DNA of 63,544 nt, filler included, from Nemertoderma westbladi (GCA_032718475.1; 3 parts of 3 records of this genome joined end to end with filler, not necessarily neighbours in it); one strand, 5' to 3'. Positions 1-13,011 are shown, counted from the first letter of the whole stretch. Notes: generated by a model from the sequence alone, not told the origin. Program-made: numbers and translations.

Positions 1-2097
1 TATTCAATCGTGGTCAGTGGATAGCCTAAAAGATTAAAATTGCTGAAACAGACAGGTATGTACCGATACAGTGTTTATATTTTAAACTTAACTGCAGAAC
101 TGCAATCAAAAACTAGTAACTTACAATTAGGCAAACACAAATATATTTACAGAATTAATAGGATTTACTGCTAGACTGAAGCAGTTAATTACTCATAAGA
201 CGAGGGTGAATAATGTCTATATTGTAAATATTGAAGTAGGACCTACCTAGATACACAATTAAATAGGCCTATGAGTTAACTAGGTTATATACCGTACATA
301 TATATAGATATATATATATATACCGGTATATATAGCAGTATAGGCTGATAGGCAAAACTCCTGATACCGGTATACCACTAAATCTGAACAGAAGCAGAAG
401 GTATATATTTATTTAATTTATGCAAAATATTACCAGTACCGGTACTCAGAATTTAAATTTGATATTTCTTGGAATTAAAATTTGAATTAATCTGAATGTG
501 GGAATGTGAAAATGCACAACTTCACAGATCATCAGATTATAATCATGAATAACTAAAATATTAGGCCTACCTGTGTTCAGATTAGATATTTAAGACCGGT
601 AGGCCTAGGCTACTCGCAAATGTACGGTAGCAGGGACACCGACTGACAGAAAATAGGTTCAAGACTGTATTGGCCTAGGTAGGCCTATATCTGTATATAA
701 AACAAACACACACACAAAAGTGCAAAAACATAAACAACTCAAATACACCTGAAAGTTTAGGTCTACTCATTCACAATAACTACCGCTGATTGAGCTTAGT
801 TCCCTAATGTATGAATAGGGTTGTGTTTAGAGTATAGGTACCAGTATAAAATTTATTACAGGTACCGCACCGGTAATTATATATATTGCAAATCTATAGG
901 GTAAACTACCGACAGACCGGTACGTTCCCAGCAGAAATGTTGCAATATAAAAGGATGTTTGCAGGTTTGGCCAATTAAATGTCAGAACGCGGTTTGACAT
1001 TGACAGTTTGATTCAGCCGGTAAACATATAGGTTTGTGCCAAAAATTAAATTAAATTTGGCGGAAAAACAATAATAATGACTTGGATTGATTATAATTTT
1101 TCCAGGGCAAATTTTCGACCCGTTGCGGAAGCGAACGTCTGTCCTACCCAGCGCATATACACTGGTTGATGACCAACTGACAAAAGACACTCGATATGCG
1201 AGGTAATCTAAGGTAAATTGATCGCAGACTACAGAGTCTTTGGTGAAGAGCTGCTGTAGTCCACTAATCACCAAGGCTGCTGAGCCGAGGAAATTGTGAA
1301 GAACTGCGATTTTATTTTAAATTCAAAAGTTCTTATTATCACGTTGGCTAAAAGAATCCTTTGTGAAGATTCTATAGCCGGGAAGGAAATAAGGAGGGCC
1401 GGTCAGCCGGTTGCGGTACTCCAAGTATTTCTTCCCCTGGGCCACGTGTAAGCCTTGACTGGGCTGATAATTCTAGAGCTCCTTTTATAAGGATGTCCAA
1501 ACCTCCCAAACAGACTCCAGGCTCTCCCTGCACCTTAATATAAATACCCAAACTACCAAACCCAATAGAGTTACCTGATTGCCAAAGTTACCTTGCTCGC
1601 TTGACCGCGAGTGAAGCCCCTCCCCACGGCGGAATAGAGTGACGGAAATATAAGTTGTAACCCACGATATGATAGAGAACGGACGACGGACCCGGTGACC
1701 TGGTGGATCGTTCTAGGCGCTGGCGAGTAATGTTGTCTGTTATTGTAGGATTGGGAACAAATCCCATAAGAACTTTATGAATTTTCCCAGTCAGTAGTTA
1801 GCAGTACTGCAGTATGCCTACATCGGTAGGCTACTCTCTGTGTTGCAGGAGTAGTGCAGTCGTGTCCTGTCACTTCTGCTGTCTGCTATCTGATGGATAC
1901 CGGAAGTGTCATTTTGTCATTTTACAGGCCACCAGGTGACGTCATATTACCTACGCCGAGCAGCCCTGATGTAGTACCGGGGTTAATTTAACTATAACGG
2001 TATGTATAACAAGCACAATTACTGTAGGAATAAACTTGGGGATATGAATGTTGCGAATAATCGCATAAACTCTGAATAATAAATACAGACACTCAGA

Positions 2098-3952
2098 GCG
2101 TACAGACTACTCAAACAAAATGCAGACCAAATACTGACAGACTACTATCAAGCCTAAACAAACTACGGTATATGCAGACTCCGAAATGGTTAGTTAGTAT
2201 GCGTTCTAACAGAGTAGTACGACTTATTCTTTCGAGGGGGTTTACCTCACAGCACTGGAAGCCCCTACGTTCCTAACCGGCACTTTATCGGACATACACT
2301 CTACACGCACCACAATCTCTTCAGACCTAACAACAGCCAGACAACAATCCAGCCTACAAATTATCTAAATAAGAAATATTACGCTACCCGTACAGACTAC
2401 ACAAACAAAATACAAACCAAACGCTGGCAGACTACCATCAAGCCTAAATAAACTACAGTATATGCAGACTCCGAAATCGTTAGTTAGTATGCGTTCTAAC
2501 CGAGTAGTACAACTTATTCTTTCGAGGGGGTTTACCTCATAACACTGGAAGCCCCTACGTTCCTAACCGGCACTTTATCGGACATACACTCTACACACAC
2601 CGCAATCCGTTCAGGCCTAACAACAGTCAGACAACAGTCCAGCCTACAAATTGTCTGTACAATCTGAGCAGGCTTACACGTCTTCTGCTCAATATTAGCC
2701 TACAATTAAATAAAACTGACAGAAATAAATAAGCTCCAAAAGAAACAAGGGGTGTACAGTCCCTAATCTCTTAAACAGCCTACCACTATACAATATCACA
2801 ATCGAAATAATACTGATGTACGGTACCTGTACTGTAAGTACCGGTTCCGGTGGTTAGGTAGTTAGGCCTACAGGTTACCGCTCGACCGGTACTTCTCTCT
2901 TTATTGCCTACGCCGCAATAAAGAAGCAATAACTGTTACTGTTCGCGCTTTTAAGACCTTTAGCAGTTTAACCTGCCAAATTTGGATGTCTTTTAGATTA
3001 TAAATCGACTTTAGCCTATGATAAGTATTTAGTACAAAATAAACACTACATTAGCCGAAGCCAGCCTAGTGTGCGACCATTCACCCGCTGGATATACCCG
3101 GGAGACTGGATTCGGAAGACTTGACCTTATTGCGTTGTAAGCCTACTGTATTATTCGATTGATCGTTAATATATAATCTCTGACAAATATTATTCACTTT
3201 CGGGAAATATTAACAGTTCCTTTAGGACGTGGCGCTCTAATTATGTAAACAGAGTTATGACTTATACTAAACACAACGGTATGGCTTATGATTCACGTAT
3301 AAGGCGCATTCTTTAGGAGATGCTTAGTTACCAGGCAAACCATGCACTCTATTGCACAATACTGCACACCAATCTGCCGACCTTTACTAATTTTATTCAC
3401 ATATAAAGAGAACAGCAATTGACCCATGTAGTGCCTATGAAATAGCATTAGATTCACTTCAAAACCAATATAATATAAGTCGCAATTGCTATATGTAACC
3501 TGTCTCTTACCTTCAGTATATCAAGAAGATGGGGTTTTTATGATTCTTTCTCGATATTATCCAAATAACAATAATATTCCATCAACTGATACAATTAATA
3601 ACCGACAGTAAATAGCAGTAAAATAATGCGGTGAAAGGCCATAATGCATTGAGTGCACGGTGGTACCGTAAGGTACCGGTACCATACCGATTGGATTGGT
3701 AACAGTTATACGTTCCGGTAATCAAGCCGTTCTAATATTTGGCTAAAGTCTGAAACACAGAATTATTCCAGAGCTGATGTTCGTGGCGTCAGGAAAAAGG
3801 TAAACATAAACCGTAATGCATTGCGCGATTTCCCGGAGGCCTCTGTGTAAAGAGCAAGATAATCGCTCTGATTGGTTGAGTGATTGCACAGAGTGGGCCT
3901 GAACAAAGAAACTTCCACGAGTACACCAAATCAGCTGATAGATGTCGTAATC
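2098..3952 (-). mobile_element. Diverged relative of the 5' non-coding region of the Bel/Pao-derived element; includes two ~290-bp tandem units (~2100-2388, ~2389-2680)
   Basis: Colinear, visibly diverged match to ~10890-12503 (shared blocks GGTTAGTTAGTATGCGTTCTAAC, AAGACCTTTAGCAGTTTAACCTGCCAAA, GATGTCGTAATCT). Confidence 0.8.
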
Positions 3953-4120
3953 TAAACTACACTGTATTACACTGTATACTATATATACTATTATTATATA
4001 CTATTCGGAATACTATTCGGATTCGGAAGACTTGACCTTATTGCGTTGTAAGCCTACTGTATTATTCGATTGATCGTTAATATATAATCTCTGACAAATA
4101 TTATTCACTTTCGGGAATGA

Positions 4121-5079
4121 ATTAACAGTTCCTTTAGGACGTGGCGCTCTATCTAGGTAAACAGAGATATGACTTATACTAATCACAATGGTAAGTCGGT
4201 AAGGCTTATGATTCACGTATGAGGCGCATTCTTTAGGAAATGCTTAGTTATCAGTCACAATCAGGCACACTACCGGTAACACACAATACTGCTCACTAAT
4301 TTGCAGACCGTCAATGAATTTTATCATATAAAGAGAACAGCAACGGACCCATGTAGTGCTTATCAAATAGCATTAAATTCACTACAAACCACAATAATAT
4401 AAGTCGCAATCGCTATATATAACCCGTCTCTCTAACCTGTAGTGTATCAAGAAAATTGGGAAATTTGGGTTCTTTATAAATGTTCTCCAAATAATAATAT
4501 TCAACCAAAACACAACAGTAAATAGCATTAAGACGGTAGGTTAAGATGGTAACACTGTTTGACTGGACCGATAACAGTTATACGCTCTATAATCTTAAGC
4601 CTACTAATGTTTCTTCTAAAGTCTGAAACGAATTGACTCTAGAGCCGGTGTTCCTGGCCTAGATAGAAGGAACACAACAGTATCACAACAACAGTAAGAC
4701 TGAACACTCCTAGTATGATCGGCCGAATATCTCCACATCGACAGAAAAAATCGCTCTGATTGGCTTAAGCTAAACAAAGAACTACGTGTCCAATGGCCAT
4801 TTCCATGTCAGCAACCAGCTGTTAGATGTCGTAATCTGAATCATCAAGGCTAAGCTGTGTAAAGGTATTTGGTGCATTGCAGGTTTTTTGCCTTACCATG
4901 TCCGCCAAAACACGTATATAGAAGAATGACTTTTATGTCCGTTAAAACACCTATAACGGTACCTTGCGGGCGAGGGGAATATATATATAGTTAGAGAGTC
5001 TTTTAGAGTATTCCAGCGCCTGGGGGGAAACTGGATTGCGAAGCAAAAGGGCCAGTTATATCCCACAGAAGCTTTTACA
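4121..5079 (-). repeat. 3' LTR-like direct repeat (distal end uncertain)
   Basis: Matches 11785-12746 apart from a handful of substitutions and small indels; begins TG at 5079 directly after the PPT-like tract. Confidence 0.8.
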
Positions 5080-5087
5080 CCGCTCCC
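5080..5087 (-). promoter_or_regulatory. Polypurine-tract-like sequence GGGAGCGG
   Basis: Abuts the TG start of the downstream repeat; absent beside the upstream repeat at 12747. Confidence 0.6.
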
Positions 5088-5310
5088 AGAAAATGGGATT
5101 TGAGTCTATAAAATATACAAAATCACAGTTTCTAATATACGTTAGTACTCTAAACAGTTAGTCTTTCTTGCACGGACGGCGCTTACGCAGTTTTTTAAAG
5201 CTAGCCAGAGTCCTTTTCTCTTTGGGGCGAGCCACTTTACAAGGAGGGCCATAACTCCTGGGTGAAGGGTGCAATATGATTGCGTCAGAGGGTGTAGGAT
5301 TATGGTCGAT

Positions 5311-6606
5311 CTATCCGCCAGTCGAAGTACCGGGTTGATTGACATCAACGTCGGGGGAGAGGGGTCTAACGGCTTTGAGAGCTCGTTTTAAGACAGCCGC
5401 TCTTACGGGTCCTTTACGAGTGGTCTGAACGAGGGCCGTGGGTGGACCATAGGCAGTTCGAAACCTCCGGGGTTTAACGGTTCTTTCCAACTCGCGTTCG
5501 CGGGCTCGGTATTCGTAAGGCCGTCGATATACTTCCTGTAACTCGGGGTGTGAGTTAACAAATAAGTCTCCAGAGTCCGGATCCTGACGGATATAATTGA
5601 TTAAGTTATAGGAATGAAGGTCGCTAGGATTAACACTCCTGAGAAATTTGCGTACGAATTTGGTTGAAATACATTCTCCGACGCGCTTCAGTAGTTCGTA
5701 ACTCGATATGCGTGATTTCTGTTCGACAGAAGCGAATAGATAAGGATGGAACGCATAAACTCCTTCGTAAGCGCGTCCAGGATAATAGCGATGGCGCGAA
5801 TCACAATGTAAGTCAGCATTCGCTTCCCAAGCTCTGATGTAACGTAGTGTGATCATTTCATCTACGCTTTCTAAATCGTGATTAAAAGGGCAATCGAAAC
5901 TGGCGTGTCCCTTTAGCCGACAACGGTGACATTGAGTCATAAATTGAGGGCAAACCGCAAAAATGTGCAAGTTATTGAGTCTGCAATACGCGCAATAAAT
6001 TTCCATCGCCGGTTGTTCGTGGAAATAGAAACAGCGGATGTTTGTGTCCATGGGCTTAACATGGTCTCTCGATGTGCATAACCAACAACGTTGCCGAGAA
6101 ACATAGTTGGCATGGCGATAATCGTACGCAGTGAGACACTGTGGACCTTGATACCATTCTAGGAGGTAATCGTTGTCGTTGTTCCGGGTGCGATAGGCTG
6201 AATCTCCTCAGATTCTAGGCATATTGGTTCGTCTTCCCAGTCTGTTACGAATAGAATTTTCGTGATCTATTCTCGGTTTATCGTTACGACTCCGCTGGGT
6301 ATGATATTTAAATAGAACCATTTCCCTTTCGGTGTCTACATCGTCCGTATCATGTAAATCGATAGGATGGCCGGTAGTTAGGAAGTCCATATACGTACCA
6401 TTACGATGCGTATAGCGAGCGGTGAATTTTCGATAGTCCAATTCACGCGTAAATTGCTCTTGGGACATCAGCGGTTCGATATAACGACCATCGTCCTCCG
6501 TAATGGTTGGATCGGCTTCACCGCATATCAAGCTATCCACAAATGCTTGGAAAGGTAGAGTATATCGCTCCCTGATACCAAGATCATCTTCTATCAACTC
6601 CGTCAT
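5311..6606 (-). CDS. Accessory ORF (431 codons, one internal TGA at 6210-6208) with three zinc-knuckle-like motifs
   Basis: ORFs 6208-6606 and 5311-6051 share a frame and the 52 codons between them are open (GDSAYRTR...QRCWLCTSRDHVKP); motifs CWLCTSRDH, CAYCRLNNLHIFAVC, CHRCRLKGHASFDC. Confidence 0.75.
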
Positions 6607-8233
6607 ATCTGCTATCTGAGTTTATTAATATTGTAATGAGTTTATGTTTAGGCGAGCGGGCGTCGCTGCCTACCTCTCTTCGCCCCCGGACAGTGGGATT
6701 CTCAGCGCCGATGTACCGTCTTCGCGGTGTTTACGCCAACATGTAGCAACAGCAAGACAACGATAACCGGCACAAGTCACTCCACTGTCCGTCCCAAAGG
6801 CTTGAATCCACTTTAGGTTCTTTCTATAGGAGAGTTGGGCTACTTTCACAATTGCGACTAGCTACTGTAAACATACTTTAGCAGTAACATTCACCTATAA
6901 ATGCACAAATTCCACACAACTGTCACCAATTGTACACATACAGGCCATTTGTCCGTTAGTCAGTGCATTCCAGAATGTCACGTTATTACTGTGTATCCTT
7001 GGATACTAACAGTGTTATGTATTCTCTATGCTATGCAATGTGACAAGCTTTCTATTGTTCTTTTAACTTGCTTCTAATTCTAGCGTGGGTGTTGCTATGG
7101 TGACATTATGGAATGCTAGCGGTAGAATTAGGGAAATTCTCATGCATACAGATCTGGGATGCTATTTAATAGTAATTCTTTAATTGTCAATATCCTCTTT
7201 ATGCATGATTTTATTAATTTTATCGGCTATTGACTATATGTTGGAGATTCTCGCACTCTAATACACTCAATAGGATGAATCTCCGCTCCCATGATCTATT
7301 AATTAATGGAATTTTGGGAATGTTATAAATTGCACAAAATGACAATTTATGAAATTCATTTAAAATATGAATTTAAATTTATTCCCGTGAATTTTATTAT
7401 TTGATGTTCAAATTGACATAAATTTTATTCCAGAGCATGTCTGGGGACTGAGGATCCCTAATTCTATAAAATTGTCTTTTAAGAGTATCGGTAAGTGCTG
7501 CGATATCTTAATTGACTAGAAATTTTAAAGGATTTGAATTTTACAGATTTTAATAAATATTAAATTAATATTTAAGATGGGCACCGATTTATTCCAGAAC
7601 TTGTCTGGGGACGTTAACCACTGATTCTAGAATTTGTCTTTCAAGTATATCGGTGGGTGCCGCGATATCTTAATCGACTAGAATTACAGATGGTCAAAAG
7701 GTTTAACAGATTTATTTGCGTTTCACGCTACTGTTATAGGGACATCACGCTACTATATGTATTATTATATATGGTATGAGAGCAATATCGCACGAAGCAA
7801 TGTCAGTGTGAAGAGGCAAGTCGTTTCCAAGGTCTACCCAGAGCTTGGTTTAGCCGAGACACGAGGATCTGAACTTTGCATTCCTAATACTCTGCCTACC
7901 AATAATACTTAAGTATAGTAGGAGCTTTATTGTACTTTAATAAGTACGGACATTTCATCTTACTGTAGTCACGTATTTATAATATGATACGGACAGTAAG
8001 GAAAGAGAAAAAATAATTATTTCTCGCCGTCGCACTAAATATATATTATAAGTAATTACGTACGTAATAAACACTAATATATTGCACTAATCTACTAAAT
8101 AATCCCTAAAATAACATTCTACTAAATAAAATTAAAGAAAACGATTATAATAAAATTACATAATAATACATACATAAATATAAAATAAAAACAAATATAA
8201 AATGATATAGTCACACGCCCACTCCATATGTTA

Positions 8234-8805
8234 TTACATTATGGAGTCCCTAGATATTTGTCGGATTAGGGAAGTGGTCGTAGGAAGAGTATCTTGCCTT
8301 CCATAGTTTCCGGACAGTTTTCGTTCTCTTTCCAGTAAACATAAACGACTAGCTGGGCGATTGAGTTGTTGTGTTACTTTCTCCGCTCCCTTGGCCTGTC
8401 TAATCTCCGCCGTGGTAAGATGAGGAGGCCATTCTTCTTCTTCTTTACTTAAGGAGTCGGATCCACCTAACCAGCCTGGAGTATCTATCAGTTCTTGAGG
8501 AGTTGCTCCTCTGGAAGCGATGTCGGCTGGATTAATCGTCCCAAGGCAATGTCTCCATTGATCTACATTGGAGTTAATATCGTCATTATCTGAGGAGTAT
8601 GGTGTTCCCTCAGTTGGATCGTCCACATCACTGCTCTCCACTTCCCATTCCTTTACTTGGTATACCTGTTGTTGAGGTAATCTCTCTTTGAGAGTTCTAC
8701 GGGAAGGGCCAGTGAAGTACCAACCTACTCTAGTTCTTACCGCATAGGTTTGTAGTGGCTGCGGTTGAGCAGGCCGTTTCTCCAATGTCTCGAGCGCCTC
8801 TGCGC
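8234..8805 (-). pseudogene. Bel/Pao pol remnant: post-protease linker fused to the C-terminal end of RNase H
   Basis: YAVRTRVGWYFTGP (Bel/Pao AxxTxxGW motif) followed within ~45 aa by QWRHCLGTINPADIASRG...W...EWP; no RT YxDD or integrase motifs; one-base frameshift from gag-PR near 8805. Confidence 0.85.
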
Positions 8806-10906
8806 GTTTTGGCCGATGAGTATTTGCACTCCAGGATAATCTGTCTGGAATCGAGGTATCTTAAGATGTTGGATGCTCTCATCCTCGTCCCAATTATAAA
8901 GGTCTGCTTGGGTAGTAGCGAAGATCTTTATAGCCACCATTTTTACCGACCTTATACCTTGTGCTCCTAATTTATCCTGGGGGGTGTACAACACACCTAC
9001 ATAGTAATCTGCCGTTAGGGTAGATTTCCAAACCTGCATAATTCCTAACATATTCAATTTAGTCCGGAATTTGGGTTGTCCAGCAAAGATATCTTCGGGT
9101 AGTTCTTGATCGATGAATGTTCCTGTGCTGCCGGAGTCAAGGAGGGCGTTCACTATGTAACTTTTGTTAGGACCATGAACTCTTACCTGCACTACAGGAA
9201 ATTCTCTGATTCCTACGTTGGAAGTTGGAGCTTTCCAAGATGGTTGTCTGGCAAAAGTAGTTGGGGGGAACTCATTGTCGGTGTCCTTTTCATAAGTAAG
9301 TGCTCGATACACTGAGGTATTTATTAGGTAACAGGATTCGTTGGCGTCGGAGAATTCGTCAGTATAGAATCCTTCCATCTCAGACTCTTGATCAGTGTCA
9401 TTTACATCACTGAATTGGACATGTAGTTCGGGCTCACTTACCTGACTCGGGTTGTCTCGTTCGAACTCACTGTGTAACAAGATGTGATGTTTCGCACCAC
9501 ACTTTGCACACTTTACGTCGGAGTAACAGGTTCGCCGTTGGTGTCCTGATCTGAGGCAATTATAGCATAACCGCTTATTCCACAGGACTGTACGTCTGTC
9601 TACAAGGGATTTCTTTAGAAATTCAGCACACGCACTCAAACGGTGGGGCCCGTCGCACAGCGCACATTTTGGTTTGATGTTACTCACCTTACCTTGGGTA
9701 ACGTTATGCACTCTCGTTCTTTCTTCGGGCTTTCTTCCGTGTATTCTCTTAGGAGACGTAGGAGGAGTTGTTGTTACCTGTTCTCTCCTGTCACTGGTTC
9801 GAGACTTGTATTTACTTACGTCTTTATAGGTCTTGTTGTCATAGTAAGATTTTGCTGTGTCTTTCCCGCTGTCCTCTTCTTGAGAAGCTTGGCTTTCGCC
9901 ATCGTCAGTATAACACACTGGTATTATCCTTCTCCTAGAAACGGGTTTCTCACTTACCTTATTTTCCGATGTTTTCTCTCTGGACTGCTTTATGAGTTGT
10001 AATTTTACTTCACTATCTAAGAAGGACATGAGATCAGCCATGGTAGGGCTTCGTCGTTGCTGCTCATTCATATACAACACTTTCTTGTCCCAGCGTGTAC
10101 ATACTCCACCCTTTGGTAAAGTAGAGACTACTGATCCAATAACCATGGAACTCTGATATTCATGAGACTTACCCAACCAGTCCAATTGTCTACAGATCTC
10201 CTGAATCTCATCGGAAAACTCTATAATCCCGCTACTAAGGAAGTTTCGGGGGGCTACTAATTTTGCATACAAATACTTAGCTATGTTATCCTTGTTACCA
10301 TACCTGATGTTTAATGTATCCCAAACTTGTCTTAATCCTTCTGGATGTCCAATAAACTTTAACGACATCAACTTGGGAGGTCCTTCCAAACACTTGATGA
10401 GGAACCTAAGTTTCTCTCCGTTAGATAGTACAGAGTTCTGTATGCTGTCTTTGTAATATTCATTGAAAGGTAACCATTTCATCTCATCCCTATTGAATTT
10501 GACGATCTCTCCCACTTTGACCGCTTGGCGGGCTTCTGTTCTAGCCATCTGATGCGTAAAGCTTTCTTGGGCCATCGTATTATTTAATATCGAATTATCG
10601 GTATATAAATTTCTTGGATTATTATCAGGTCTATAGGGAATATCATTAACAACAGGTTCATAATCACCCTTAATAGGGTTTGTTATAGGAGTTTCTACTT
10701 CACTAGCAGTATAGATGCGTGTAGGCTCCACACCTTGCGCATGTAATACTTCAGACCTAACAGGTTGACACAATGTTACTGGGGGTATTGGTATACCCTT
10801 TTGTATATTGACTAATTTGTCGCGTTCCAGCGCGATACTTTGCTGCACTTCTTGCAATTCTACCCTACCCTCCCTCACTGTTCCCTTAAGTTGGTAGACA
10901 GTCAGC
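8737..10906 (-). CDS. Bel/Pao Gag plus aspartic protease
   Basis: DUF1759-like core (KFNRDEMKWLPF...KLRFLIKCLEGPP...WDTLNIRYG), three knuckles CALCDGPHRLSAC / CYNCLRSGHQRRTC / CAKCGAKHHILLH, protease ALLDSGSTGTFI...ILIG; first ATG at 10575, so the true start is uncertain. Confidence 0.92.
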
Positions 10907-11784
10907 CTACAAAATATCTGAGTAATAACTATTACGGTACCTGAACAGACCACACAAACAAACACAGGCCCAAACGTTGGCAGAATACTGTCAAGCCTAA
11001 ATAAACTACAGTATGTGCAGATTCCAAAATGGTTAGTTAGTATGCGTTCTAACACGGTAGTACGACTTATTCTTTAAGAGGGGATTGACCTTACAGCTAT
11101 GGCTGCCCCAACTTACTAACTGGCACTCTATCGGACAAACTCTACACACGCCGCAATCTCTCCAGACCCAACAACAGTCAGACAGCAGCTCAGCCTACAA
11201 TTATCTGAATAATCTGAGCAGACTTACACGTCTTCAGCTCAATATTAACTTACATGTAAATAAAACCGACAGAAATAAGTAAAATCTCAATAAAAAACCA
11301 GGGCGGCCGTCCCTGATTAAATACTAAGACCTACTGCTATACAATAATCAAAATCGAATAATACTAATGTACTTATACTGGAAGTACCGGTTAGGACAGT
11401 TGGGCCTACGGACCTACAGAAGTACCGATTCTGGCAGTTGGGCCTACTGACCTACAGAAGTACCGGTACTTTCAACTTTATTGCTTACTGCAATAAAGAC
11501 AATAACTGTTATTGTACGCGCTGTTGAAGACCTTTAGCAGTTTAACCTGCCAAAATTTATATGTCTTTTGGTTTATAAATAGACTTTAGAAGTTGACAAA
11601 TATTTAATACCAATAAACACAACATTAGCAGAAGCCAGCCTAGTGCGCGTCCATTCACCCGCTGGATATACCCGGGGGGCTGGATTCTGAGGGCTTAGAT
11701 TATTATTGCAGTGTAAGCTTACTGTATTATTCGATTGATCATTAATAAATAATTTCTGACCAATATTATTCACTTTCGGGAAAT

Positions 11785-12746
11785 ATTAACAGTTCCTTTA
11801 GGACGTGGCGCTCTATCTAGGTAAACAGAGATATGACTTATACTAATCACAACGGTAAGTCGGTAAGGCTTATGATTCACGTATGAGGCGCATTCTTTAG
11901 GAAATGCTTAGTTATCAGTCACAATCAGGCACACTACCGGTAACACACAATACTGCTCACTAATTTGCAGACCGTCAATGAATTTTATCATATATAAAGA
12001 GAACAGCAACGGACCCATGTAGTGCTTATCAAATAGCATTAAATTCACTACAAACCACAATAATATAAGTCGCAATCGCTATATATAACCCGTCTCTCTA
12101 ACCTGTAGTGTATCAAGAAAATTGGGAAATTTGGGTTCTTTATAAATGTTCTCCAAATAATAATATTCAACCAAAACACAACAGTAAATAGCATTAAGAC
12201 GGTAGGTTAAGATGGTAACACTGTTTGACTGGACCTTATAACAGTTATACGCTCTATAATCTTAAGCCTACTAATGTTTCTTCTAAAGTCTGAAACGAAT
12301 TGACTCTAGAGCCGGTGTTCCTGGCCTAGATAGAAGGAACACAACAGTATCACAAAAACAGTAAGACTGAACACTCCTAGTATGATCGGCCGAATATCTC
12401 CACATCGACAGAAAAAATCGCTCTGATTGGCTTAAGCTAAACAAAGAACTACGTGTCCAATGGCCGTTTCCATGTCAGCAACCAGCTGTTAGATGTCGTA
12501 ATCTGAATCATCAAGGCTAAGCTGTGTAAAGGTATTTGGTGCATTGCAGGTTTTTTGCCTTACCATGTCCGCCAAAACACGTATATAGAAGAATGACTTT
12601 TATGTCCGTTAAAACACCTATAACGGTACCTTGCGGGCGAGGGGAATATATATATAGTTAGAGAGTCTTTTAGAGTATTCCAGCGCCTGGGGGGAAACTG
12701 GATTGCGAAGCAAAAGGGCCAGTTATATCCCACAGAAGCTTTTACA
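11785..12746 (-). repeat. 5' LTR-like direct repeat
   Basis: Near-identical to 4121-5079; identity stops sharply at GCTTTTACA (12746). Confidence 0.8.
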
Positions 12747-12937
12747 AACAGTATACAGTATTGCGGGTATAGTTGTTTATATTAACAGTATACAGTATCG
12801 CGGGTAGTTGTTTATATTATTAACAGTATCGCGGGTAGTTGTTTATATTAACAGTATACAGTATCGCCGGGTAGTTGTTTATATTAACAGTATACAGTAT
12901 CGCGGGTAGTTGTTTATATTAACAATATACAGTATCA
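12747..12937. repeat. ~34-bp minisatellite (AACAGTATACAGTATCGCGGGTAGTTGTTTATATT)
   Basis: About 5-6 imperfect tandem copies. Confidence 0.85.
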
Positions 12938-13011
12938 GTGAGATATTGTATTTCAGCTTCATACTTCGGCTCAGAAATATTGCAAAAAACATATTTTTAT
13001 AATTTTAACCA

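Larger units (their letters stand above)
4121..12746 (-). mobile_element. Non-autonomous Bel/Pao-derived LTR retrotransposon (gag-PR, deleted pol, accessory ORF)
   Basis: Near-identical ~960-bp direct repeats at both ends, each starting TGTAAAAG on the minus strand; purine-rich tract before the downstream repeat; Bel/Pao Gag, protease and RNase H-end motifs inside. Confidence 0.88.

Noticed and set aside
975-1535. Possible decayed minus-strand coding sequence
   Set aside because: Short open stretches only, and no motif I can recognise
2100-2680. Hammerhead-ribozyme retrozyme monomers
   Set aside because: Unit size fits, but I could not find a CTGANGA...GAAA core with supporting stems on either strand; an Infernal search would be decisive
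6208-6210. Selenocysteine codon in the accessory ORF
   Set aside because: No SECIS identified and no redox-motif context; point mutation or read-through is more parsimonious
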